A stretch of 62,909 nt of DNA, counting the filler, from Platydemus manokwari (lineage: Eukaryota): NCBI GenBank assembly GCA_037951405.1. It is 5 parts of 5 records of this genome, joined end to end, with 100 filler letters (N's around TTAATTAATTAA, not from the genome) between each part and the next. Parts side by side here need not be neighbours in the genome. Positions count along the whole stretch, not along the records: positions 23,277 to 37,627 come from JBBMOY011474751.1; positions 37,728 to 52,009 come from JBBMOY011491417.1; 3 more parts are not named here. The stretch is one strand, 5' to 3'. The number at the start of each line of letters is the position of its first letter. Position 1 is the first letter of the stretch. The position numbers were made by a program, and so were the translations under genes. This document shows, piece by piece, positions 26,090 to 39,885 of this stretch. The notes beneath the pieces were generated by a model. That model searched no databases. It was not told where the DNA came from and saw only the letters and a program-made list of their open reading frames with translations.

Positions 26090-29000
26090 TGGATAATGAA
26101 ATGTTTCTGATAATGTAATGTAGTCATGAATATTTATATGGCTTAATCAGCACTTACTCGTTTCCCAATGAGCATGGTCTAATTTTTCTATTGTACATGT
26201 TTCGTTATTCTTTTTATGATTGGTTTAATTTATTATGAAACGCAAACTTATGAAATTTTGTTACCGGGTTACTAATACTTGATTTTTAAATCTGTTATTC
26301 TCATCTCGTCTCATTATATATTTTATTGAAACAATACAATTTTTTCATTCATATTTAAAAGCGAAATAAAGGTAAGAAAATTCACAATTAGTTCCCCTCA
26401 ACAATGCTTAGTTAGTTTTATAATCTTGATTAATACTTTTAAAAAATCCATAAACTAATGAATAGTTCTTGCTTATTCCCATTCATCAATGGTCTCTATT
26501 TATTCTCACATCAAAATTGATTCCGAAATCATAGAACCAGTTCAATGCTGTAAATATTTCATGTAAATATGATTTTGAAATTATTAATATGATATACACA
26601 ATTGAGTTATTTATTTATCAAGTAAGACTGTAATAAGAAATATTGATTTGTCATTCTTGAATTATTCATTGTCGAATGTCTGAAGAAAAGTGAGTTAAGA
26701 TCATATCTATTTATACGTTTGCGTCAATATACGAACCACAAAGCGATGTCGATAAATAATAAACACTTTTGTCATTGGGCATATGGCAATTTATCTGGAT
26801 TCATGTTTCTCTCTTTTCTAGTTATCATAGCTTGACTTTATTAGGTGATTGGCTACTAGGTTTAGAATTATTTATTATTATATTGTTTTGTTTGGGGTAT
26901 TGAAAATTTTTAAATTACGATAATCATGGAAAAATCTTGCCTATCAATGTACATTATTTTATTCAGCGCATCGAAGTATTTCTTGCAGGAAAAAATAATT
27001 TTTATGTTAATTCAGGATGCGTTATTATCAACAGAAATAAAATAAATTAAACTTCAATTAATAACCCTCATAAATAATAAAATCCAGTTTTTCTGCAACT
27101 CAATAATTGTTAATAAAAGCCATTAATAACCAATAAAACCCATTAAATTTACCCTATAATAAATTCACTCATTTAAACAATATTCCTAATAAGTTTATTA
27201 ATTATTGCTCATAATAAATTTTAGTTTTAAATTAGATAATCATCCAGAATAAAATTAATAGTCATCATTTAAATTAAAGTAATAGTTATAGATTTATAAA
27301 CTATAAACGTCTTGTATTTATTGTAGAGAATTTCTGTCTACAGCAAGATTTCAGTGTAATAAACATATATGCATTACATTAAATAAATATTCGTAAATAG
27401 TATTTAATTACGACTCACTTCTGACTATAAAATAGTGATTGTAATTATTGTGAACAATTGTTACATGAGAAAACTCAAAACGCAACATGCAAGGTCATTT
27501 TATACCTGAGATTAGTATGGGGATTTACTTAGATGAACCGCCAATAAGAATATACATTGTAAAATCCATTAATAGAAAATCACATATTCTTCCTATTTAT
27601 ATAACGATTGCTCATAAAACTGCTAGAAATGGTACTTTTACAATATCGATGAAAACGCTGGTTAGTCGACGATTTTCTACACTTAATTGTTGTGCATAAT
27701 TTCACCGTTTAAGTGAATGGAGTGAAATAAACATCATTTAATTGTATACAAGTATTGAACTTATCGTCTTTAATTGTAATAAATATTTTTTTATTAAAGG
27801 CGTTTTGTTACAGTTTGCCAATAAGATTTATAAATGCATCAATAAATATTACAGTTTCATTCATCAACTTTTAGTAGTATTTTGGATTAAAAATTAAATA
27901 AAGTAAACTAATATAGATTCATTAAAATTACAGTTGGGATAATTAATGAGATATGATGAAAGCTAAATTAATGAACGTCATTATCGGCACCATTCTATTT
28001 ATCTTCATATAAGTTGGAAATCTTGAAGCGAAAAACGAATATTAATTTAGCGTCCTATTACTAGCTGAGAATCAAACGTACTCTAAGTGTTTGAGATGTA
28101 GATAGCGATCAATAATATCAATCAATAACAATAAAACCAATAAATCAAAGATCACAAAAATTAAATATTATATCAATTTTGAACCAGAATCCGTATTGAG
28201 TAGACGTCCAACAAATTAAAATCTAAAACTAACTAGCAAATTGAAATGTTAATTATTTTATCAAAATTATACAATTTTTCTCTCAATATTTACCACTTAA
28301 TCACACGAAGTTAATTCTAATTTGGTCAAATAACTTAGTGATAAAGGACTCATAATCAGCTACTCTCAGCAGCTCTTCACTAAATGTAGTGATTTTGAGT
28401 AACTAGTTAATTCAAAGTTCTCGTCTCTTGTCAATCATAAATCCTAATAATTTATTCTCTAAAATTAAACCAAATTCTTATTTCATGCCGGCATAACAAT
28501 CGATTCAGAAATCAAAGTGCAAACTGAGAGGATAAAACTAAAGAATGAGTCGTAAAATTGACAATATGATAAACACAAGTTTCGTGTGGAATATTTGTAG
28601 AAACGTGGATAAATAACCTTCATAACAACAGCTTTGTTCCAGTTTTGAACTGTCGGGTTGAGGGTGGAAGGCATTAAGTTCAGGACATACATCGGATGTT
28701 AATGTAGTTTTTTTAGTTTTAGCAAGGCAATCTCCAAAACTAATGAAATTTAAACTGTTAGAGAGTTTCTCCTAAGATGTGGAACATAGAATTTTGTCAA
28801 TGTTATAAGGGGGATATAAAAATATAATCAATTTTTAATGTGTTACCTAATATTTGATTGAAGATGAGTATATCCAGATCAATAATACACATCTTTTATT
28901 GGGTATCTTATAATTGTTTTATAAATTTTGTTTATCATATATATATATATATAATATTTAAATTTTCTTATGGACAAGTTCACCCAAGGTAATATATGTT

Positions 29001-32000
29001 TCTTGAAGAAAATACTTCTTTATACGATTTCAATTCATAATTTGTGAGCCATAGCGGCTATATCAATAAGACTTTCATTTTTGAAATATCGATATTCCTA
29101 ATCTGCACTAATTGTTTTAATCATGTTTCAATCAATAATTTTTGTATTATCTCAAGTAGCAACGTTAAACATTTTAGTTGTTGAAACACATTTTATCGGT
29201 ATTTCATTTTAGGTCAAAGAAGTTCATATATCAGTATATCATGTAAAATAATATAATTCGTCAGAATTGAGAATCATGTAAATCGACTGAAGATTTTGTC
29301 AAGATTTTATTAAATTTTAAACAAGAAGTTTAAATTAAACAGATATTTGGCTTTTCTTTCCTGATGCAGCATTTTTCTGACGATAAACTTGATGAAAAAT
29401 ATCATTTGATACATAACGATTATTTATAATGTTTATAATAATAATTATTATTAAAAATATCCATTGAAATTAATGATTTGATTTCATGAGTCATTCTTTG
29501 TTTTATTTTCAAAAATATTTTCTAGGGTTACACAAGTAGCTAGTTTTAATTTATATTTTGTTAAAAATATCTTTTAAAATTGTAAATTTTCTATTACTTT
29601 GTATCATTATTTTTATATATTTCAGCAATTTTGGAACACCGAAAATAATAATGTCCAAGTCGGCTGGCAGCTGTCAGCCAAACATCTTGAATTTAGTCAA
29701 CATCATTTTTCTTTAAAAACAAATTATTTTGTTTTGAAATAAGATAATGTTGGATTTCTGATGTGATTTATGTTATTTTAGGTAACTCAGAAGCATGATT
29801 TCTTTGTTTTCATAAATAGAAATTTATAAAATCGAATATTATTAAAAATAGACACACAGATCCACTTATAAAAATTTATTTAAATTTACTTAACTGCAAA
29901 AATATCACACGTATTAGCTATAAAACAGACGAGTTTTTTAAATTACCAGCCTTACAATGTCTTGCCGTAAACATAATAACTATGGTAATATCTTAAGGAA
30001 TTTTAAAATGCTGATTTTAGACCTATGTTTACAAGGAGTCCAAAAGCAAGAGGTCATTTTAATGAATTAATTATATAGAGAACTTTTACATCAATTTGAC
30101 GTACTCATTGAAGTCAAATTAAATGATGAAATAAAAAAGAATAGCCGTTATTGGTTTGGATGACGAAGAAGAATTGAAAAAGAATACACAGAATTAATGG
30201 AATATTGTGAAATAAAACCCCCAAGATATTAAAAACAATAAAGACAAGTTAGTAATAATATATATATAAAAGCATATGTTGATAAATATGTTGGATATTT
30301 TGATGAGATATCGGAATATTATTATTAAAATGAAGTAAATGAAATCAGAAAGACTTCAGAAAGCATCGTGGGTACTGAACATGTGATATAGTAGTTAGTT
30401 AGAAGGTTACAATAAGATGACTTCAGTATCTAAGTGATATTGTTAAATTTGACTACTAAATCTTGGACAGTAAAATTACCCCTAATTCCAAAATTATTTT
30501 CCAAACAATAACAATTTATTGAATTTATTTCATAATTTAATTTAATTTATTTTTTAAAGTATTTAGGTGGGTTATCATTAAAAATCATGCTTACAATTGA
30601 AGAACAATTAATTTAGATTCCATCTCTCTTCAAACACAAATGTCTTTGGTCATCTCTTCTAATTCACCTTCAATTTTTTATCACCATCTCTACAATTACT
30701 GTTTACGTTTATGAATCTATTAATTTCAAATGTTTAAGTCATAATTTTATTTATTTTTCATTTATTTTCTTATTATCCTGTATCATAGTAATTATTTATT
30801 TACATTATAAATCGAGTTTGTCAACAGTTTCTTTACTTTTATTAATTATGTCCAATTTTAGAGAAGTATAATTTTTGAACTTAGTTTCCAAATTTTTTGT
30901 AATTTCGAAATTGGAACTGTACCCACTGACAATTTAAGCCTATTAACAGTATCTTTTTCATTTTTAGGATCATTATTTTGTACTAAAAATCCTTTCATAA
31001 AATCATCTTTATTAATATTTATTCTATCATAAATTCATTATCTTTCATATTATTTACTATGCATTTATCAAGTATATGATCCATAGCTATTTTAAGAGAT
31101 TAAAGTTAAAATTATTTTTGATATGATCAATAATTTTAATCGAATTCTAATCTATTATTTATAATATATAAAACATAAATAGATAAAAATGCCCAATTTT
31201 AGCTGGAAAACTGTTCTTATTTTTTGTTAATACTATTTTACAGAAAAGAATGCATCGAAATTCATTTACGTAAATTTTACAGGGAATGATAGTTACTACT
31301 TTTCAGAGGTTTTCTTCCCTTATCTTATCCATGTTGAATTAACAAAGTTATCAAAACACCCTACATCCTATTTTTAATAATATCTTATTATTTTAGAGAA
31401 AAACGGTGGAGAAAATGGACCATTCGTTTATATTGAGACATCATTAGGCCATTTGCAATTAATAATGGTAAAACTCTACCAGATTTTAGTTTTTATACTC
31501 GTTTTTATTATCAATTATGTTCTATATTCATTATATATTTTTTAAACTCATTTTTATATTTTCCCCATTATAAATACATGATTTAGGTTTTGGTCCGATG
31601 AAATTTCACTGTTTATTGGGAATTTATTGTCCTTAATTATTTGTTTAAATATTTTTCTTCGTTGAAATTCATTTCGAATTCTTTGCTAACCCTTTCGCAG
31701 CTCTGCACGTATATATTCGCAAATAAAACCGTGCCACATACGCTCCAAACGAGTATATTCGCATATTGTTTCAAAATAGCTTGCTGCTCAACACGGCTAT
31801 ACTTGCTATGTAAATATATGTTTTCTGCTCTATACGACTTTATTTACTTTTATTTGTACGTTCAAACTTGCACAATATTATATATGATGATATATGATGA
31901 ACAATTACTGGAGTGTAACCTCAGTTGTAGAAGTTTTAATAAATAAATATTTTATATTATGCCAATCAGAAATTGCATACATGGATTATTTACCCCGTAT

Positions 32001-34050
32001 TCAATCAGATATTTTTCAGGAACTGATATTCAATTATTAAGATCGTGGTTATCAGATTTGATTTGATTTTGATTCCAAACTAAAGATGGATTTATCATTC
32101 TTATGGTCTCTGTTTTTTAAATATTAAAATGATCGAAGTTCTTTCAATCCGAGTTAAGACAAAATTCCTTGGCAAAGCCGTTCTTTCGAGTAAAATATTT
32201 TGTGGGCTATAATATAGACAAATTTCAAATTCTAATAAAACTAAAATTAGGCTCGAATATTGATTCAAACTCAATACCAGTGTCGTTGAAATTTTGATAT
32301 CAACAGTGCAGCACCTTCGAGTTGAGGGAAATCATTTGAGAAATATTTGATGAAAATCATGTAATTTCTTATATCCAGTGAAATGATGAAGTTCGTGATG
32401 ATAAGAATATGGAAACTGTTCAGAGTGCTCATTTTTGCCACTGTTTCTAGAGCATTCGAAAAAACATAAACAAATTTTTATCAGTTCTGGATGCCCATTT
32501 TCTGTGGGTAAAATAACACATTGATTGTCTTTACATAATAACTTTATGATTTCTTTTATTTAATTCTTTATAAATCCACTGGTGATGTTACTTCTTCATT
32601 TCCACTTAATAAACTTTAAACGAAAATAATATATCGATAGTAATTCGATCATTTCATAGTAGATGTCATTGAATTGATATTTTCTATCGAATTATTAATA
32701 CCTAACTGTTTAAGGTTTTCCATATCATTTATATTTGAATTATCTTTTGGAACTTGAAATGTTTAATAATGTTGAACTAATGTTAAAGTCTTGTATATAT
32801 GTATTTATCCGGTTGGATCACCGATAAGCATAAACATTAGAAAGTTCATGAACTTAAAAGTTCTTAAAGATATCTAAGTTTCATATTCTTTTATTTTGCC
32901 TTTTACTATTACCATTTCCTATGAATAGCCAATAATAATTATTCAAATTGTACTATTTTACTATTATATACTATCTAAACTTCATCATTTTTTTTAAAAC
33001 TGAATCATTTTGTTATTCTCAATTCAATCTAAATTTGTATCACTTCGAGTTTTGAAATCATTTATTTAACTTCTTCTCTGATTCAATGTAATTCCCCACA
33101 AATGTATTATCAAATGTTTACATTCATAGATATTAACATTACTAAACGGACAGTTATAAATTGAAGAATAAACTTATTGAAATTAAAAGAAGCGAAATAA
33201 TGAGCCACTCAATTATTCATCTAATAATCTTAGCTGTTTATAATGTCTACTAAAAATAGTTTGAACTGAATTAAAGTGACCCTTGATCAAGTACTGACTG
33301 ATAATTATATATTCCATTCTCACACACATAATTAACAATGTCAAAGTTGGTAAAAGGTCTGACGAAAACTCTAATTTGTTTATTGTCATTAGAAAATATT
33401 TAATAATACAAATCCATAATGGAAACGTAGATTTCTTATGAAGCGATAAAATAATTAGTTCTGGTTCATAACTGTTAATATATTTTGAAATTTTAATGAG
33501 TTGAGTAAAAATAATTACCAAATAATCGACAATTATTAAACAAATCCCAATGGTTGCCTAACGTCGAATCAAAAGTTAGAAAAATTTTAAAATATAACGT
33601 TGTGCTGATTACAGTGTATTTGGAGACCTTATCAATCATGCTGAACAGAAATTTTAAATAGATACAAATTGTGCAGTCACAGAATGTCATTGATTTATTT
33701 AATATCTCTATATTATTTCATTATATAGATATAGTTGTCTGTTTATTTATTTGGTATATTTTAAAAAAAATGATTATATCTTGATCAAGTTTATATCTCA
33801 ACGATATCAGTAATACGTTTTGTCACCAAAACAACTTAAGTGTTCAAGGGAACCATGGAAATTATCCACAAAGGGTTGATGCACACAGTTTTAATCAGCA
33901 CATATGTTAATATGTAATAAGACTCTCCATAACATCAAGCTACGCATACCATAAACAAGCAACAAACACTGATAATGAACAAAGGTACAAAAAATGAAAA
34001 AAAATCACCAACATATCCACATATGAAATAATTAAACAAACGAAAAATCA

Positions 34051-34320
34051 AGTTCTGGGACACAAAAAATCATCCTATCAATGATGCTGAATTTCATGAG
34101 GAAGTGCCAGTGTTTTTAAATGGGTTACCTTGATTATGTTATGTGATTTTTGTGAGATTTTTCTGACAACAAGTTTTATGGTTAATTTCAATTCCGTATT
34201 CGGATTTAGGGTGGTAATCCCGTCTTTACTGATGATTTACTATTGTGTTGTAACACGATATTAATTGTATCCTTTGAAATGTCAAACTTGTCATTCCTGT
34301 ATTTAAAATTATAATTTTTA
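34051..34320 (+). repeat. Dispersed repeat of about 270 bp
   Basis: Aligns with 38717-38985: gttctgggacac/gttccgggacat, tgaatttcatgag, tgccagt, ttctgacaac, tttactattgt, aacttgt, aaattataatttt. Confidence 0.75.
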
Positions 34321-35020
34321 TATATCTATGTTTTTCTAGCACACGTTTTTACTTACACTGATGCTTGCATGTCGGATTGATCAATATCAAGATGCACGAC
34401 AATCAATTAAAAGCCAAATTTCATTTTGAAGTTCTAAATTATTTCATAATGTTTTGATTTATTTGCATTTGTACCGAGAAGGGCTGTTTCAATGAAAAAG
34501 GTATTGCAACTTTCAATTGTATCGAGCTCAAACAATGACATTAAAGACAATAAAATATTTCATTAAAATATCGAAATTTATATTTATATATTCATAAAAA
34601 CTCGAAATTATAGAAGTCAAAATAAACGAAATTGTTACCGAGATAAGATTAATAACTTTTCAATTCAGGAACTTTCTACTGTTCATTGACAGATCCGTAT
34701 TATTAAAATCGAATTGGTTCGAATGAATAATAAACATTGTAACTAGTCGAGATAAGAACAACACGGATTTAAAAATAATAATCGAATCAATAACCTGGTA
34801 GCAAAGTTAGTTTAATAACAATTTAAGCCAATCGTAGCGATTATAACGAAAAATCTAATCTAGAAAAATTAATGCATGCTTATTCACAAACATGCGTGAT
34901 TATGTTTATTATTTATCGATATCGTTTTACAAATCATTTAATAATCCAATCACATAATTATATCTTAACAAAACTTTATCAGAAACGTTAGTCCAACATT
35001 ATAAACCATTTAGAATACTA

Positions 35021-36494
35021 ATGACTCATTTAAATGTAAATGATATTAGAAAACTGAGAAAATCAGAAATTAATGATTTCAAGGAAGATATCGTACTAGT
35101 CAATGAATACATTGAAACTCTTACAACATGGGTACAATCAATGCCTCATTTCCACTGTCTAATGAGTATTAAATATTTCAATTTTATATCTCAACCATAG
35201 ATTAAGATGATCGAGAATTTTATTTGAAGTTTCTATGAGTTTCTATATTTGATTTACAAAAAGCTAAAAGACAATTGGATAATTTCTGTAAAATCAGATA
35301 TTCCGTGAGAGGTTCTCCACCAATTTTTCAAATACAATAACATTGATAATGAAATGATTGACCGATTTTTTAAATCACCGTAGGAACATTATTAATAAAT
35401 AAATAATTCTTTTATATTTTTTGGGTTTAGAATAGTGACTCCTATAGGAAAAAACGAAGGACAATCATTCATATTGCTAACACCAAGTAACATCACCAAT
35501 GCATTTATAAAGATTTCAATAAAAGAAATTATAAAATTATTATGTAAATATAATCAATGTGTAATTTCATTTACAAAAAATTGGGATCATGATATCATTC
35601 CACTTGTTGAATGGACAAATCTTGTTTTCATGTTATACGACATAGGTTTTTATGAAGAACCGACAGAAATTCATGGGATAAGTTTCATCGTTGATTTTAC
35701 AAATGCTTCAGAAAAAATGGCCAATTTATGTTCTTATCCTAAATACGTCATGCCAATATAAAGGATCATACAAGTAAACTCATAATATGCTTGATGATTT
35801 TTATGATATGTATCAATAAACATAGGATTCGTATCCATGGAGATTGAAATCAATAATTTTCTATAATGCTGATACTTTGTTTGATTCGCTATATAAAATG
35901 TGGTCTTTTTATTCACACAAAGAAATGGAAAACGACGTAAATAATTATAATTGTTTGTTGAACAGATTGGTTATTATTATAATTTATTTAACAATATAAG
36001 AACAACAATAATTATAGATGATAACAATAATTATAAATACAAACAGAATTATAATTTATAAAATATTAATCACTGATTTAGACAAACAAACGAGAAATAT
36101 TTAAAATCTTTAATATTTATTTAACTCCAATGATATTATTTGAAATAAATTATCCATGAAACTGTTTGTAATTATAATTTCGATTTTAGTTTTTGATATT
36201 CAAAAAAAACGAATTGAATAAATTGTATGAAATTGATGGATTGAAGAATCTGTTACCACCTGAATTAGGTGGACTCGGGGATACATTGGAATCACATACA
36301 GGTTATTTATATTTATCTAATTGTAATATCTGACAATTGTATCAAATAAAGCGAAATGGAAAGACAAATTTATCAAATATTACAAGGATAGAAATCCGTG
36401 GGGATGTATTAGTGTTGATGAATCGAAACGTTCAGAAGATACTTTGAACTATCTGATCGATTATCCCGAATATGAAGATGTGGCGGATGATTAG
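35021..36494 (+). pseudogene. Inverted duplicate of the CRAL-TRIO gene, disrupted
   Basis: Same seven-exon layout and high similarity to 24186-26089. CGA>TGA at 35236-35238, CAA>TAA at 35759-35761, and the intron-3 acceptor reads AA instead of AG at 35575-35576. Confidence 0.85.
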
Positions 36495-36810
36495 GAATAA
36501 ATTTGAAGTAAAATGAAAATTTATTAGTAGAGAATATTTTCAATTTGATATTTAAATCGGCATTTGTTCAGTGATTGATATAATTGTTAAATAATGTGGG
36601 TGTTGATTGTTTTATGTTTTCATTTGAAATTAATAAGAATAAATAATTATTTTTATCATATGTTCTTTAAGTTATGATATTCATCTTATTCATTGTGTTC
36701 CATTTATTTAAATATAGTTCTTATCATGTAACTTATCCATTACTTGGTCTCTTATTTTGCTTGTGCTCATCTCTCTAATTATAAATCCATTAAATTCATT
36801 TTATCATTAT

Positions 36811-37627
36811 TGTTGGGTCTACCCAGTGTAGAGCGCAACAATTCTCGAAAATCTCCTGACTCCAAAAATCAAAAGAAAGTGGTTGCTCACTAAGTTATAT
36901 TTTTACAAATTTACAACTTAGATTTAATTACACAAGGGCCTAGCTCATAATAAAGTTCTGTCAACAAGTATGGATCAAGTCCGTGCACCAAATTGAATTA
37001 CCGGCCGAGGACCACTCATGGCCTATACTACAATACCAGCTTGCGTAACGGGTTACGGATGCTCAATACAATTACTCTATACTAATACCGATATTCGGGA
37101 GGCACTGTCCACGAATATCACAATACAAAGACTCGTCTTTTATTGAGATACCAATATTCGGGATACACTATCCGCGAATATTCTAACACGATTTTCAAAA
37201 TAATCTACTTTACTAACAAATTATTATTCGGGAATACGTCTTTCTCGAATAACTATACACTCCTGAGTTTAATAAAAAAATATTGTAACCTGATGCGGTT
37301 CTGGCAACTTCGTTGGTCAATAATTTCTTCTTCTTCAGCAATTTAATTGTCTTCTAAAGCCTTCTCTAGAATTGTCTTTTTCTCATTCTGCAAATAAATT
37401 CTTCTCTGAAATTGTCTTCTTCTTCTTCTGCAAATAAATTCTTCTCTGAAATTTGTGTGCCTTCTGACGACTTCCCAAAATCTTCTAACTGTATTCTGAT
37501 TATGCTCTCTGATGATTTATAAAATCTTCTTATTGTTTCCTGATAATTGTTAAATCCACTGGCTTATTTTCTGACTCGGTTCTGCTTTGTTTCTAGTAAT
37601 TCTAGTTTTCTCCGATCCTGGCGAAAA
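36811..37627 (+). mobile_element. Probable LTR-retrotransposon terminus, truncated by the gap
   Basis: Abrupt GC rise starting at TGTTGGG. Contains a short direct repeat (ttctgcaaataaattcttctctgaaatt, two copies, about 37387-37454) and repeated atattcggga motifs. Confidence 0.45.
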
Positions 37628-37727
37628 NNNNNNNNNNNNNNNNNNNNNNNNNNNNNNNNNNNNNNNNNNNNTTAATTAATTAANNNNNNNNNNNNNNNNN
37701 NNNNNNNNNNNNNNNNNNNNNNNNNNN
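37628..37727. other. Assembly gap with TTAATTAATTAA spacer
   Basis: Same linker construct. Confidence 0.97.
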
Positions 37728-38716
37728 ATTTTCTCTGCCTAATAAATTTATTCAGAGAGAATTTCTCTCACCAGTGAATAAATTCTATCGATAAAATAAT
37801 AAATGTTTACTGGCATTAAATTTAATCGCAGACAATATCTGCAAGTAATTCGCTGCCTATATAAGGCAGTGATTTCAGTCAACACTGCCCATAATTTTCA
37901 AGGACATAGTTTTTCGACAGCACTAGGCTGCTATTATTTTCGTTGCCACAATTCTATAGACGACGTTACATTAAGTGGAGAAGAACCATCATTCAAATAT
38001 CCATTCAACGCACTGAAAAAGATCATCAGGTGCTGAAGATCAATTTTCCTTTATATGCCCAGCATTTGCTGGAAGACCCAGAGTAAGGTCATACCTATAA
38101 AATACCAATCTATATTATATACAGTAACTTGTATCTCATACTATAGAGTTTGTTGGTCAAACACCTTTGGTATTCGGTTTTACTCCAAGAGAAGGACATA
38201 TTAACCGCTCTTATATGGAATTGTAGGTTTTAGCCGTTATCCAACGTTTTATTTCAGTGTATACAAGTAACCAAACTGTAATTTTGTTCGTTTGCTAATA
38301 AACATTTATTTAGAAAAAGGAGTTGAGTTGTCAATTGATATTTGATCCATTGATAATTTATAAAGTAATTTTGAGGCTGATAGGATTAAATTACACCCCG
38401 TTGGATTATTGTTGCCAATCATTTCTATCTTCATATAGATTTGGTTGCGAGGTGAATAAAGAACATAATATAAGGTTAAGATGGACCTTGGGCTTGATTA
38501 GAACTCGCCAGAGACAACAGTGATCATTGAGCAAAATCATAATAACATTTATCTGAGACTGATTTAAACAAAAAATTCGAATAACCCGAAACCCATTATT
38601 ACTATTTCCTGTCATATTATGCGCAAAAATCCAGAAAATTAACTAATCGACTTAAAATTGGCATGAGAGATAAGAAAAATATCCGTGTATGAACACCTTA
38701 AACAAATGAAAAACGA

Positions 38717-38985
38717 AGTTCCGGGACATCAAACGAACACACACAGGAGGTCTATAAAAGATGTTGAATTTCATGAGCAGCTGCCAGTCTATTTTTTGTT
38801 GGTAACCCTCATTCTGTCCTTTGACTTTTGTGTGATTTTTCTGACAACCAGTCTTCTTGATTGTCCTCTATTTTGTATTTGATCCCGTATTAGTGATAAT
38901 TTACTATTGTATGGCGGTACAATTTTAATTATACCTATTGACGGGTCGAACTTGTAATTCTGTAGTTTAAATTATAATTTTCAGG
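38717..38985 (+). repeat. Dispersed repeat of about 270 bp (copy of 34051-34320)
   Basis: Shares the blocks listed for the 34051 copy. Confidence 0.75.
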
Positions 38986-39694
38986 TTTTATTGTTACTTA
39001 ATACCCAACAGTTTGTAGAATTATTAAGCGTTCTAGTCCAAACATGAAAGTCGGGTTCAGCTAGGCTGTTCTCCAGACAGGAAAGAATTAATTTTTGACA
39101 AGTTCTTCACATATTTATCTACTGTATTAGCATAAATAAATCAGGTTAAGAATAGCCATTATATCATCATAAGAACTTTTAAACCGTTAATCGAGATTGT
39201 TTTAGCTAATTGTTGGAGATTAAGGATTCCCCATAATTCGTGAAATACAAAGAAAGACTCAAAAATAATTCCTTGAAACCTATAAAGACACTTTTTAAAT
39301 ATAAAAACATACAGTAAGATAAATAGTAAAACTGTATGTCCGAAGAATATTATTCACAAATAAAAATCCACACAAGTTCAATAAAATTATTACTACAAAA
39401 CACTCAAATATTTCAAAATCTAAGTTGTTCTAAGTAAAAACGTTTAAAAAACCAAATGTCAAAATCACAGAAGCCCAATACTCGAAAGATAAATATAATG
39501 ACAGGAATTACCGTGTAAAAGATCCGGCAAGTGTCTTCGAGAGTCGACTCATTCCTTGAGACAGTTCACAACATTTTAAGTATTTTATTTTATATTCTTG
39601 ATTTACTTTAATTTAAATCTCTAATTTAAATAATTTATTGGTGTATTACATAATCTACATATATCAGAATCCAATTTTTCTATTCTTTCTCCTC

Positions 39695-39885
39695 CAATTT
39701 CTACACTTCCCACTATCTTGAGGAACTGATTGGCTCTTCGGGAATTGTTGGTTCAAGCTCGATTCTTTCCATCCTTTCGCTCTGGATGACCTTTTCGAGC
39801 CTGGACTCACGGTATACAATACAGTCCCAATAGCTTTCATCGTCTAGTTCAACCTTTTTTGAGTGTTAGTGCTATCTTCCCAACA
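39695..39885 (-). repeat. LTR-like repeat ending CCCAACA (TGTTGGG on the minus strand)
   Basis: Shares tcccac.atcttga, gg.tgacctt.tc, ttcatc, tttgagt and ttcccaaca, in the same order, with 47790-47991. Confidence 0.5.

Noticed and set aside
35236-35238. In-frame TGA as selenocysteine or an alternative genetic code
   Set aside because: It aligns to Arg (CGA) in the paralog, the same copy also has a TAA and a lost acceptor, and the other genes use standard stops.
37380-37460. Direct repeat as a CRISPR-like array
   Set aside because: Only two copies with a tiny low-complexity spacer, a eukaryotic context and no cas genes. It is internal to a TE-like block.
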